NCBI GenBank assembly: GCA_038245295.1
Contig: JBBRSP010000008.1
Location: 1 to 64,000 of the forward strand
Length of the DNA stretch: 64,000 bases
DNA from: Candidatus Binatia bacterium
GTDB lineage: Bacteria; Desulfobacterota; Binatia; HRBIN30
Direction of reading: 5' to 3'
Below, piece after piece: positions 51,192 to 61,785 of the stretch. The position numbers and the translations under genes are program-made. The notes beneath the pieces were generated by a model. That model was not told where the DNA came from, made no database searches, and saw only the letters and a list, made by a program, of their open reading frames with translations. The stretch's first letter is position 1. Every line of letters begins with the position of its first letter.

Positions 51192-51946
51192 TCAACGCCA
51201 CTGTGTCGGCGCCGCACGATCATGGCGACGGCGGCGATCCCCGGCAGGAGAGCAGCCATGCTCAGCAGCGGCGTCAGGAGAAACAGATCGGTGCTCCCCG
51301 GTGGCCAGCGGCAGGCGGCACCAGCGGCCGGCGCGGAGCACACCATGGTGGTGATCTGCGGCGCTCCAATGCTGTTCCATCCCATGTGTTGAAGGATGGC
51401 AAAGGCGACCCAAAGTCCAATTCGACGCAGGTCTGGGCTCGGTTGCTTCGCGTACCAGATCGCCACGGCGGCGGCCGCGGTGAAAACCGCATGATGCCAT
51501 CCCCACGCAAAGCCGCGGACGAAGATCCCTTGCCATAGTCCCGCAGAGCCACCCTGGAGCGCCGCGAGCAACAGGTACTGGGTGTTCTCCATGGCGGTAA
51601 AGCCGAGCCCCACACAGATACCGCGCACGATCAGCGCTTCGACCTTGGCCGTCGAGCCCACGGCGGCCAAGACCAGGGACAGCCACACAACCAGTGCCTT
51701 GAGGGCTTCTTCGACAATCGGTGCGCCGACTTCCCTCATTGCCGACGCGGACAGGCCGGAGTCGTCGGTGATCAACTGATTGAGCCAGGCGGCAATCGGT
51801 GCGCTCAGCAGCGCGCCGGCGGCGAAGCAGGCAAGACAAGCGGGGAGTTTTGCGTATCGCCGCCCGCCGAGGCCGATCATCAGCGCAAGAAGGGTAAGGG
51901 CTGGCGCGAAGGCGGCGGCCAGGATGGCTGGCGGTAGTTGGAGCAA
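51158..51946 (-). CDS. PrsW family intramembrane protease
   Basis: APIVEEALK, GLGF..MEN, HAVFTA, H..WN. Confidence 0.85.
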   Translation of the reverse strand: MLQLPPAILAAAFAPALTLLALMIGLGGRRYAKLPACLACFAAGALLSAPIAAWLNQLITDDSGLSASAMREVGAPIVEEALKALVVWLSLVLAAVGSTAKVEALIVRGICVGLGFTAMENTQYLLLAALQGGSAGLWQGIFVRGFAWGWHHAVFTAAAAVAIWYAKQPSPDLRRIGLWVAFAILQHMGWNSIGAPQITTMVCSAPAAGAACRWPPGSTDLFLLTPLLSMAALLPGIAAVAMIVRRRHSGVDQAAREARFTS

Positions 51947-52074
51947 TGTCGAGATCCGAGTGCAGCCATCAGAGACAATGGCGCGGGCTCGGGCAAGGGT
52001 ACGGCCAAGGTTTGATGGGGTAGTTGCGTCTTCACTTGGCTCTGGCCTAGTTGAGTGGAGGAGGAAAACTCAGG

Positions 52075-52689
52075 ATGAAGTTCTACACCGGCCTTGGCCC
52101 CAATCCGCGCGCCGTCCGTATGTTTCTGGCAGAAAAGGGTGTCGAGATTCCCCAGGTGCAAGTGGACCTGCTCGGTGGCGAAAATCGCCGCGGCCCCTAC
52201 ACGGAAAAGAATCCATCCGGGCAACTGCCTTGCCTGGAGCTCGACAATGGCACGGTGATCGCCGAGATCCTGCCGATCTGTGAATACATCGAGGAGATCC
52301 ATCCAAAGCCACACCTGGTCGGTGCAACACCGGAAGAGCGCGCCGTGGCACGCATGTGGCTGCGTCGCATCGATCTCAACATCGTCGAGCCACTCGCCAA
52401 CGGCTTTCGCTATTCCGAGGGCCTGATGCTTTTCCAGGATCGTATGCGAGTCATTCCTCAGGCCGCCGACGATCTGAAGGCTCTGGCGCGCGAGAAGTTG
52501 GCCTGGCTCGACGGTTTGATGAAAGGCGACTTCATCGCGGGAGCGCGCTTCACGTTGGCCGACATCTTCCTGTTTGCCTTCCTCGACTTCGGTGCCACCG
52601 TCGGCCAGAGCTTCGATCCCAAGCTCAAGTGGATTCCCGGTTGGTTCGATCGTGTCGCGGCGCGGCCGAGTGCCGCCGCCAGCAAATAG
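52075..52689 (+). CDS. glutathione S-transferase family protein
   Basis: PNPR.VR.FLAEKG, NPSGQLP.L, ICEYIEE, FTLADI, ARPS. Confidence 0.93.
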   Translation: MKFYTGLGPNPRAVRMFLAEKGVEIPQVQVDLLGGENRRGPYTEKNPSGQLPCLELDNGTVIAEILPICEYIEEIHPKPHLVGATPEERAVARMWLRRIDLNIVEPLANGFRYSEGLMLFQDRMRVIPQAADDLKALAREKLAWLDGLMKGDFIAGARFTLADIFLFAFLDFGATVGQSFDPKLKWIPGWFDRVAARPSAAASK

Positions 52690-52730
52690 TCTCCGGATCA
52701 TTGTCGAAAGCCGAGAAGGAAGAACTCACC

Positions 52731-53780
52731 ATGGAGCGAGCGACCAAGAATGTGCGGATGGGGCTGACGCTGCCACTGGGCAGCGCGGCTACGGCGGTGG
52801 AAACGGCGCGCGCCGCCCAGGCCTGTGGCTACGAGGAGATCTGGCTGGCGGAGGTCAATGCCGGTGATTCGTACGCCGTAGCCGGAGCCATCGCCGCCGG
52901 CGCCCCCGGTATGCGCCTCGGCACCGCCGTCGTGCCGGCGCAAACGCGCACGCCCCTCGTGCACGCCATGGCGGCCCTGTCGCTCAACCAACTCACCGGC
53001 GGGAACTTCATTCTCGGCCTCGGCCTATCGTCGCCGAACATCGTTAAGGATTGGGGCGGGCAGCCCTACGACAAGCCACTGACGCGCATGCGTGAGCACG
53101 TCGAGGTCCTGCGCCAGATGTTGAGCGGCGGCAAGGTCGACTATGACGGCAAGACGCTTAGCGCCAAGAAGTTCCGTCTCGGCGGTGCCCTGATCGGTGA
53201 GGTGCCGATTTATCTCGGTGCGCTCAACGAGCAAATGCTGCGAATGACCGGGGCGCTGTGCGACGGAGTTGTCCTCAACATGGTGCCGGAGCGGGCTCTG
53301 CCGCAGATCCTCGGGGCCGTGCGCGCCGGTGCCGAAGCCGCCGGGCGTGATCCGGCGCAGCTCGAAGTCGTGGCGCGTTTGCATTGTGTCCTGAGCGACG
53401 ATGCCAACATGGCGCGCGGACTGGTGCGCAACGTCTTCGGCGCCTATGCCGCGACGCCGGGTTACAACAAGTGCTTCGAATGGATCGGTTTCGCCGAAGA
53501 GGCGCGCCGTATCCGCGAATGTTTTGCGAAGGGTGATCGTACCGGTGTCGCGGAAGCGGTCACCGACGAATTGTGCGACGCCATGGCCGTGGTCGGCAAC
53601 CTGGAGACGGTTCGTGGCCGTATCCGGGCCTACGCCGAACAGGGCATCGATGTGTGTGTCCTCAATCCGATCGCCGACCCGGGCTCGGTACGTGGCGTCA
53701 TCGAAAAGTTGGCTAGCTCACTTGAAGGTCTCGATCTCCGCCAAAGCGGCGTGTTGCGGGCAACTACACGCGGGGTGTAG
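52731..53780 (+). CDS. LLM-class (luciferase-like) flavin- or F420-dependent oxidoreductase
   Basis: WLAE, RLGTAVVP..TRTP, GG.FILGLG.S, PIYLGAL...M.R..G..CDG. Confidence 0.9.
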   Translation: MERATKNVRMGLTLPLGSAATAVETARAAQACGYEEIWLAEVNAGDSYAVAGAIAAGAPGMRLGTAVVPAQTRTPLVHAMAALSLNQLTGGNFILGLGLSSPNIVKDWGGQPYDKPLTRMREHVEVLRQMLSGGKVDYDGKTLSAKKFRLGGALIGEVPIYLGALNEQMLRMTGALCDGVVLNMVPERALPQILGAVRAGAEAAGRDPAQLEVVARLHCVLSDDANMARGLVRNVFGAYAATPGYNKCFEWIGFAEEARRIRECFAKGDRTGVAEAVTDELCDAMAVVGNLETVRGRIRAYAEQGIDVCVLNPIADPGSVRGVIEKLASSLEGLDLRQSGVLRATTRGV

Positions 53781-53822
53781 TGCATTGCCCCGACGGCCTG
53801 TCGCCCTATGTGCGATGAAAGA

Positions 53823-53965
53823 GCCCCTCTCCCACTTCGAGTGGATTCTTTGACGGTGGGAGAGGGTCGGGGTGAGGGTCGGTAGATGTCAGATGATCCA
53901 CCGTCCAACCCTCACCCCAGCCCCCTCCCAGATGTCAATATTCCGGTTGAGCTGGGAGAGGGGGC
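53823..53965. repeat. palindromic CCCTCTCCC..GGGAGAGGG..GGGGTGAGGG element, inverted pair
   Basis: CCCTCTCCCAC..GTGGGAGAGGGTCGGGGTGAGGGT mirrored by ACCCTCACCCCAGCCCCCTCCC..GGGAGAGGGGG, between convergent genes. Confidence 0.85.
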
Positions 53966-54045
53966 ATTTCGCCATGACCAGCTCTTTTGATCGAGGCGAA
54001 CCTGATGGTCGTGCCTCCACCATTCAGGGTCGACTCGCCAAAGGG

Positions 54046-56610
54046 CTAGTTCGAGTCGCAGTCTGTCAACGAATTGATCCACTCCGAAATTACGTTCAAC
54101 GCTTCCTGGTGCACGCGGCGCCGGCCCAGTTCCGGCATCGCGATCTCAGGTTCGGTCGATTTCATGCGGAAGGTCAGAATTGATTCGTCGGCGTGGCCGG
54201 GGGCGATGACTTCATGGAAGTCGCCGGTGCCGCGCCCAGCGGCGGTCGGTGACTTACAGATGCCAAGATGTGTCGGGGTTGTTTCGCTGAACGCGAAGTA
54301 GACACCGGTCGACCGCGCGGCACCGCCCTGATTGTGGCAGTGGGCGCAGTTGATATCCAGGTAACTGCGGGCCCGTAGTTCCAGGCTTCCCGTGGACGGG
54401 TCGTCGAACACCGCGGCGCGCGGGGCGATTGATGCATCAGCCGGAGCGCCGGTCAGAATGCCGAGCTGTGTCCAATGCTCCAGCTGATTGGCGACGCCGT
54501 CGGCATACGCATAGTTCTTGTTCAGATGGCGCGCCTTGACGCCGAGCAGATTGACACCGCCGCCATCGTGCTCGCGATGGCATTCCTTACATTGATTGGA
54601 ATTCGGCACGGTGTAGGGGAAGGTGCCGACGGTGCCGTCGGCTTGCACGCCGGTGACGGACAGGGTGGTTCCGACGATCTTCAGGACGGCATCGGTGCGA
54701 TCCGCATTCCACACGTACGGCAGGCCGACCCAGCCGCTGGCCTTGCGGACGAGCAGTCTGGTTTCCAGCAGGTCGACGCCCTTCGAGAGATCGCGTTGGT
54801 CGCGCGGGTAGGTGAACGTTTTGACGATCACCGAGCCAACCGGAAAGTTAAAGGCATCGCTGTCGGCATATCGCGCCGTCTGGCCGGCCGGCACGTAGAC
54901 GAAGCGGTGTTTGACCGTGTAGTCCGAAAACAGCTGTGTGTTGACGTTGAACGGAACAAGGCCGGTGTTGGGCTCCTGGGTTGCGCCGTTGCCGAGGAAG
55001 AAGCGGTAACTCGACAAGTATTCGCAAGCGACGTCGCTCGGATCGAAATTGACGCCGCTCCCCGAAGGGATGCGGCATTTCGACTCGAGTGACGCCACTT
55101 GCGTCGGGGTCGGCGTCGGCTGCGGGCCCACCGTAGGGGTGGGCTCCGCTGCCGCGTCGACGCCGTGGATTTTCACCGCCGGCAAACGGTCGAGCTCGCA
55201 GTCGTACGGTGCCAGGCTTGGCGAAGCGTTGGCGCCGAGGTTGCGAATGTCGATGTTCCAGAAACGCACGTCGTCTTCCTGGACACACAGGCGGAAGGCG
55301 GCCGGCAACTGTCCGTTGACCAACTTGTTGCGGTCGACATCACCGTCGTACATGACCTGCGGCAGAGGCAAGCCTCCGACCACCGGACCGACGAGATCCG
55401 AGACGCCTTGGTCCGGATTGCTGCCGCCGCCGATGTAGGTGTTGTCGTGCAGGTAAATACCTTCGGAGTATTTGTCGTAGTTCCGATCGTTGCTGCTCAG
55501 CCCACCGACGATCGCCGCGGTATTGAAGCTGATGAGTAGGATCTGATTGGTGCCATTGTCGCGCAGGGTGTTGTCGAATACTTCGACGTTGTCGTTGGCC
55601 AGCACCATGATGCCGGTTCCCTTCGGAACGGCGCTCACCGTGGTGCCGCGGGCCGCGAAGTTCGGGACGTTGTTCTCGAAGAGCTGGTTGTGGAAGGCGC
55701 GGGTGCGTTTGCCGCCGATGAACTGCAGGCCCGGCAGATTGAAGATCAGCAAACCGCCGGTGTTGTTCGTAGCGATGTTGTCGTAGACGTCGGCATCCGT
55801 CGAGTTCTCGATCTCGATGCCGGCAACGTTCAGCTCGGCACGGTTACGTCGCATGATGATCTTGTGCGATTGCCCGACGTAAAACCCGGCGTCGGCGGCG
55901 CCTTTGACGATCGAGTCTTCGATGAGAACACCCGTGCAGGCCACCGGATACAATCCGTAGGCGCCATTCTTGGTGTTCGAGCCGCGTGTCCACTCGGTGC
56001 GCACGCCGCGAATCGTCAGGCCGTGGGCACCGACGATCTTCAAGAGGTCACCTGGGCTGTCTTCCATGCCGATGTTTTCGATGACGAAGCGGTCGGCCAT
56101 GACGAGCATACCCTCGGCGCCGGTAGTCTGCGTCGCGAAAGAGAGAATCGTCTTGTCTTGGCCCTGGCCGCGGATGGTTACGTCGTCGACGTCGAGCGAC
56201 AGTTGTCCGGTCAAATGATACGTGCCTTCCGGGAAGACGATCTCGTCGCCCGGCTCGGCTGTGATCAGCGCCGTCAGGATATTGTCCAAATCGTTCGGAC
56301 CCGGCGCTGGAATGTTGACCGTCCTGCGTTGGCAGGGTGGTCCGCCGCAGCCGTCGAGCGCCGTGCGCACACTGGTGATGAGCTCCTCGATGGTGACTTC
56401 ATCGTCGCCGTTGATATCGCCGGAGTCACAGCTCGTCGCTTCGGCCCGCCCCAACCCGATGTTTACCGACGTGAGCACCTCGTCGATGGTTACCGAACAG
56501 TCCCGGTTGCAGTCGCCGCCGCACACCGCGGTCAAGCGCTGCGCCTTCGCGGTGCCGGCTGCCGCAAGACACAACGCAGCGGCTGCCAAGGCCAATTGTC
56601 GAAATCGCAT
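54046..56610 (-). CDS. exported fusion: dockerin/EF-hand-like repeat + parallel beta-helix + Pro/Thr linker + diheme c-type cytochrome (SO2930-like)
   Basis: Signal peptide, GDCNRD..VTIDE / GDINGD..VTIEE, NGAYGLYPV..GAADAGFYVGQS..NVAGIEIENS, PTPTVGPQPTPTPT, LFSDY..K.RF, CKECH, RARSYLDINCAHCH, MPELGR. Confidence 0.88.
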   Translation of the reverse strand: MRFRQLALAAAALCLAAAGTAKAQRLTAVCGGDCNRDCSVTIDEVLTSVNIGLGRAEATSCDSGDINGDDEVTIEELITSVRTALDGCGGPPCQRRTVNIPAPGPNDLDNILTALITAEPGDEIVFPEGTYHLTGQLSLDVDDVTIRGQGQDKTILSFATQTTGAEGMLVMADRFVIENIGMEDSPGDLLKIVGAHGLTIRGVRTEWTRGSNTKNGAYGLYPVACTGVLIEDSIVKGAADAGFYVGQSHKIIMRRNRAELNVAGIEIENSTDADVYDNIATNNTGGLLIFNLPGLQFIGGKRTRAFHNQLFENNVPNFAARGTTVSAVPKGTGIMVLANDNVEVFDNTLRDNGTNQILLISFNTAAIVGGLSSNDRNYDKYSEGIYLHDNTYIGGGSNPDQGVSDLVGPVVGGLPLPQVMYDGDVDRNKLVNGQLPAAFRLCVQEDDVRFWNIDIRNLGANASPSLAPYDCELDRLPAVKIHGVDAAAEPTPTVGPQPTPTPTQVASLESKCRIPSGSGVNFDPSDVACEYLSSYRFFLGNGATQEPNTGLVPFNVNTQLFSDYTVKHRFVYVPAGQTARYADSDAFNFPVGSVIVKTFTYPRDQRDLSKGVDLLETRLLVRKASGWVGLPYVWNADRTDAVLKIVGTTLSVTGVQADGTVGTFPYTVPNSNQCKECHREHDGGGVNLLGVKARHLNKNYAYADGVANQLEHWTQLGILTGAPADASIAPRAAVFDDPSTGSLELRARSYLDINCAHCHNQGGAARSTGVYFAFSETTPTHLGICKSPTAAGRGTGDFHEVIAPGHADESILTFRMKSTEPEIAMPELGRRRVHQEALNVISEWINSLTDCDSN

Positions 56611-56804
56611 CCTCATCCCTCCCGTTGTTGGATCGTTGCAACGCCGAGGCTGCTCTGGCAACCTCGGCGGTGAGCGCTTTTAAACGACACCACCAACCAT
56701 AGGCAACCCTATTTTGCTGGTCTTAGGAGACGTGTTTCGGGCGCACCCGGACCCGTCAGGGCGACGTTGGGTTGTGTGAACGACCGGGCGCGGCGGTGCC
56801 GCGC

Positions 56805-57728
56805 CTAGGCGCGAATGCCGATGGCGCGCAGAACTTCCAGGGACGGTGCGAAGAACGTCGCTCCCGACATGGCGTGCGTGAACTCCATGAGCGCGTCCTG
56901 CAAGCCGTCGCCGGCGGTGCCCATCATGCGCGCCAGCATCTCTTCGGGGATGGCGAGGTCACGCGTATAGGCGATGAAGAACAGTCCGTTCTCCTTCAGG
57001 TTTCCATAGGGAAAGCTGTGGCGCATGATGGCCAGTTGTTCGCCGTTCTCTTCAATGGTGACGCGACTGACGTGGGATGTCAGCGGCCGACTCTTGTCGG
57101 GGATTTCCTTGCTGTCGCGCTTGCGACGGCCGACGATGCCTTCTTGCTCGCTGAGGGGCAGGGTATTCCACCTTGGCAGTTCATGGACGTAACGCTGCGT
57201 GAACACGAAGCTGCCGCCGGCGAAACGAGGATCTTCCTTGCCGATGAGCGACGTCTTGCTGCGCAGCTTGGTGCCTTTGGGGTTGGCGGTGCCCTTCTGG
57301 AAGCCGATGAGGTCACGTGTGTCGAGGTATCGGAAGCCGGTCACATCGTCCATCACTTCGACGCCTTCGCCAAGCTCGTTCATGATGCGTTGCGCCAATT
57401 CGAAGTTTAGGTCGATGCGCTTCGAAAGGATGTGGAACAGAATGTCGCCACCAGTGTTCGGGGCGCGTGTTCCGACAGCCAGGAATGGTCGCATCCCCTT
57501 GGGCCGGCGGCGCGGCGCCATGAGGCTCCAGAACTCAGAGCCGATACCAATCGTGCAAACGAGTTTGGCGCGTTTGTCGGTAGCGGCGAGTTTCTCGGTC
57601 AGGGCTGGAATCCTGGAAAGAGCTTTGGCGATTCGAGCTGCGGCGGCGGCCGGCTCCGTCACTCGAAGGATAACGAACCGGGCGTGCTCACTGGGCTCGG
57701 GCAGGATTCCTGCTTGCGGTTTTGACAT
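56805..57728 (-). CDS. Dyp-type peroxidase with atypical GFQKG motif
   Basis: PQ.GI, GGDILFHI, GF.YLD.RDLIGF..GTANP, GGSF...QRY.H, SHV, R.SFPYG, FFAPS. Confidence 0.92.
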   Translation of the reverse strand: MSKPQAGILPEPSEHARFVILRVTEPAAAAARIAKALSRIPALTEKLAATDKRAKLVCTIGIGSEFWSLMAPRRRPKGMRPFLAVGTRAPNTGGDILFHILSKRIDLNFELAQRIMNELGEGVEVMDDVTGFRYLDTRDLIGFQKGTANPKGTKLRSKTSLIGKEDPRFAGGSFVFTQRYVHELPRWNTLPLSEQEGIVGRRKRDSKEIPDKSRPLTSHVSRVTIEENGEQLAIMRHSFPYGNLKENGLFFIAYTRDLAIPEEMLARMMGTAGDGLQDALMEFTHAMSGATFFAPSLEVLRAIGIRA

Positions 57729-57774
57729 GGGGGACCATCTAGACGAGCGGGACGCAACCCGGCAAGGCCCAACA

Positions 57775-57830
57775 CCCCCTCTCCCAACACCGCGGGAACA
57801 ATTGGCGGTGGGGGAGAGGCGGGACGAGGG
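57775..57830. repeat. single copy of the CCCTCTCCC..GGGAGAGG palindromic element
   Basis: CCCCCTCTCCCAACACCGC..GCGGTGGGGGAGAGGCGGGACGAGGG, same architecture as 53823-53880. Confidence 0.7.
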
Positions 57831-57848
57831 CTCGATCTGGGCAGCGGG

Positions 57849-58433
57849 TTACTTCAGTGCCTTCTGGAACGCATCCGACTTGAACTCGGTTGCCGCCTTG
57901 GTTGCCAGGTCGGCGAGGGCGTTCTGCATCATGTCCTGCGCAAAACTGTCCGGTGAGCGGAAGAGGTTGGTGCCGCCGGCGCCGCCACTGACTTCTTTGG
58001 ACCATAGCGACTTGCCCGAGGCGTCCTGCAGGTCGTACTTCACCGCGATGGTAGCCTTGTAGCCCGCCATGCCGTCCATCCAGTACCTGGTGATCGTCGC
58101 CACCAGTGTGCGTCCGCCGCCATCCTTGACGTCGACACCGGCTTGCTTGAGGGCATCGGTGCTAGCGTCGCCGACACTCTTGGCGAACACGCCGGCATCG
58201 GCATCATCGACCTTTTGAGGAATACCGTAGCTGCCACGCACCTGGCCAACGGTGGCCGTGGTGCCACCCGCATCGGCGGAGCGCGAGTTCACCACTTTGA
58301 GCCCGAGGCTCGACGAGGCGGGCGGGGCCGCCGCGGCCATCGGCTTGTAGGCGATATGGGACACGCCACAGCCAGCCAATAGGCTGATCGCCGCAGCGAG
58401 AACTCCAGAGCTAAAGATCTGCGAACGCTTCAT
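57849..58433 (-). CDS. hypothetical lipoprotein (YajG-like architecture)
   Basis: Lipobox LAGC, VV..R, alpha/beta pattern, G..LW, terminal F.KAL; GGAGG RBS. Confidence 0.75.
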   Translation of the reverse strand: MKRSQIFSSGVLAAAISLLAGCGVSHIAYKPMAAAAPPASSSLGLKVVNSRSADAGGTTATVGQVRGSYGIPQKVDDADAGVFAKSVGDASTDALKQAGVDVKDGGGRTLVATITRYWMDGMAGYKATIAVKYDLQDASGKSLWSKEVSGGAGGTNLFRSPDSFAQDMMQNALADLATKAATEFKSDAFQKALK

Positions 58434-58767
58434 TGTAAAATTCCTCCATCGTTGGTGACTTGTTTACCGCGCGCCGACTGACGAGCCGTGCGCTGCCTGC
58501 TGACAAAAACGACTCGCCGCGTCAAGCGTCGGCGCACGCAACACTGGTTCGGCTTTGCCCAGGGCAAAGCCCCTGGTTCGGTTCCGTCCGACTGGGCGAA
58601 CCACGCCCGACCCCAACTCCCTACCGGACCGCGGGTCTTCCCGGCACGCAGTAGGAGGCGCCAGCGGTTGTCGGCAGTTCCCATTCATGCGAGAGCCTGT
58701 CTAGGGGCCTCCAACATTCCGGAACTTGCGTTCCTTGGCGGCTTCCGGTTGTCGCTTCGGAAAGATG

Positions 58768-58783
58768 CGGCCCAGGGATTGCT
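58768..58783 (+). promoter_or_regulatory. possible sigma54 promoter of the regulator-kinase operon
   Basis: CGGCCCAGGGATTGCT has GG-N10-GC with TTGC, about 40 nt upstream of the ATG; -24 box imperfect. Confidence 0.45.
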
Positions 58784-58823
58784 TCGAGTAGGTGCCGAGG
58801 GGCTCAACCAGATGAGGGATACT

Positions 58824-60200
<1,377 letters not shown>

Positions 60201-60250
60201 GGTTGACACCCGTGCGGCCAAGTCCTAGTCGCCGACACGGCGACACTAGG

Positions 60251-61375
60251 ATGACGACCCTTACCCCCGATAACTTCGTGTCGACCTCGGAGCAGGCGGC
60301 GCTGCTGCGCGCCATTCTCGACAGCGCGGTGGACGGGATGATCGTCATCGACGCCTCGGCCAACATTGAGTCTTTCAATCCGGCGGCCAGTCGGATCTTC
60401 GGTTACTCGCCGGAAGAGGTTGTCGGCAAGAACGTCAAGATTCTCATGCCTTCGTCGTATCGCGATGAACATGACGGCTACATCGATCGTTACCGCCGCA
60501 CGGGAGAAAAACGCATCATTGGCATCGGCCGTGAGGTCGTCGGTCTGCGTAAAGATGGATCCCTGGTGCCGCTCGATCTCGCCGTCAGCGAGGTCAATGT
60601 CGGCGAAGCGCGACGTTTCCTCGGCATCCTGCGCGATCTGACCCAACGCAAACGCGCGGAAGACGCGCTGCGAGAGGCGCGGGCGGCGTCGCAGCAACGC
60701 GACCGACTCGCGGACATCGGCGCCATCGCGGCCAAGATCATTCACGACATCGGCAATCCTCTCGCCGGCATCACCATGCAAAGTGAACTGCTGATGCGGC
60801 GGCTGAATCGCGAGAAGGCTGGCGAGTCCACCCTGGGCCCGGCACAACGCATCATCTCCGCCTGTCAGCGTTTGAGCGGCTTGATCCGCGAGTTCATGGA
60901 TTTTGCGCGCGAGCAGCGACTCAATTTGCGCGAGATTGACGTCAGCCGGTTCTGCGACGAAGCGGCGGCGTTCTGGGCACCACTGGCGACGCGCTCAGGC
61001 GTCAAACTCACGGTCGAGGTCGCGCCGGACGCCGCGGTCGTCACCGCCGATGCCGACAAACTGCGCCGTGTCCTCGATAACCTGATCCGCAATGCGGTCG
61101 AAGCAATCGATGGTCATGGCCAGATCTTGATCCGCGCCTACCCAGACGACAGCCGTGGACTCTGTATCTCCGTCGCCGATACTGGTCCGGGAATAAAGAA
61201 AGGCGTCGAGATTTTTCGCCTTTTCGAGACGACCAAACCGTCTGGAACCGGCCTTGGACTGGCTGTCTGCAAGCAGATCATGGAAGCACATGGTGGTGGC
61301 ATTACCGTTGCAGACCTAGTTCCCCATGGAGCGGAGTTCACATTATCGATCCCGAAAGGCGGACGCCCGAACTGA
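60251..61375 (+). CDS. cytoplasmic PAS histidine kinase with FixL-like heme-PAS
   Basis: FNPAA.RIFGY..EEV.G.NV.ILMP..YRDEHDGYI.RY..TGEKRIIGIGREV.G.RKDGS; HDIGNPL H-box; GTGLGL. Confidence 0.9.
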   Translation: MTTLTPDNFVSTSEQAALLRAILDSAVDGMIVIDASANIESFNPAASRIFGYSPEEVVGKNVKILMPSSYRDEHDGYIDRYRRTGEKRIIGIGREVVGLRKDGSLVPLDLAVSEVNVGEARRFLGILRDLTQRKRAEDALREARAASQQRDRLADIGAIAAKIIHDIGNPLAGITMQSELLMRRLNREKAGESTLGPAQRIISACQRLSGLIREFMDFAREQRLNLREIDVSRFCDEAAAFWAPLATRSGVKLTVEVAPDAAVVTADADKLRRVLDNLIRNAVEAIDGHGQILIRAYPDDSRGLCISVADTGPGIKKGVEIFRLFETTKPSGTGLGLAVCKQIMEAHGGGITVADLVPHGAEFTLSIPKGGRPN

Positions 61376-61397
61376 GCATCTCGGAGAGGATGGCCTA

Positions 61398-61757
61398 ATG
61401 GTTCTGCTCGTGGATGACGACGAAGATTTCCGTGTTGGTTTGGCGGAGGCGTTGCGTGACGATGGATTTGTCGTTGGTGACTTCGCCGCCTCGGGATCGC
61501 TTCCGCCGTTGGATCATATGCCCAAGCTTCAGTGCGCCATCACGGACTACCATCTCGGTAACGAGACCGGCTTGGCGTTGGCGGATCGGCTGCATGAGCA
61601 CTATCCGCAACTTCCGGTGGTCATCGTCACAGCGTTCTCGAGTCGCGACCTCGAAGAGGCGGTCGCCACACGCGTTCACGTGAAACTGTTGTCCAAGCCG
61701 GTGCACTACGACCAGCTGCGGTCGCTGCTGCCGCGTTTGCGCGCACACCACACCTGA
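61398..61757 (+). CDS. single-domain response regulator
   Basis: LLVDDD, ITDYHL, VTAF, KP. Confidence 0.85.
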   Translation: MVLLVDDDEDFRVGLAEALRDDGFVVGDFAASGSLPPLDHMPKLQCAITDYHLGNETGLALADRLHEHYPQLPVVIVTAFSSRDLEEAVATRVHVKLLSKPVHYDQLRSLLPRLRAHHT

Positions 61758-61785
61758 GAGCGGCAGCCGCCTCGCGTAGATCCTG

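Noticed and set aside
56805..56830. Encapsulin cargo-loading peptide on DyP
   Set aside because: The C-terminus LRAIGIRA lacks the LxIGSL core and linker, and no encapsulin gene is adjacent.
58488..58811. N-terminal 110-aa extension of the sigma54 regulator in the ORF track
   Set aside because: Non-protein-like sequence spanning the divergent promoter; the RBS and receiver domain begin near 58824. Similar over-extended starts were trimmed for tatD, the SDR, LLM, dCMP deaminase and the 19823 receiver.
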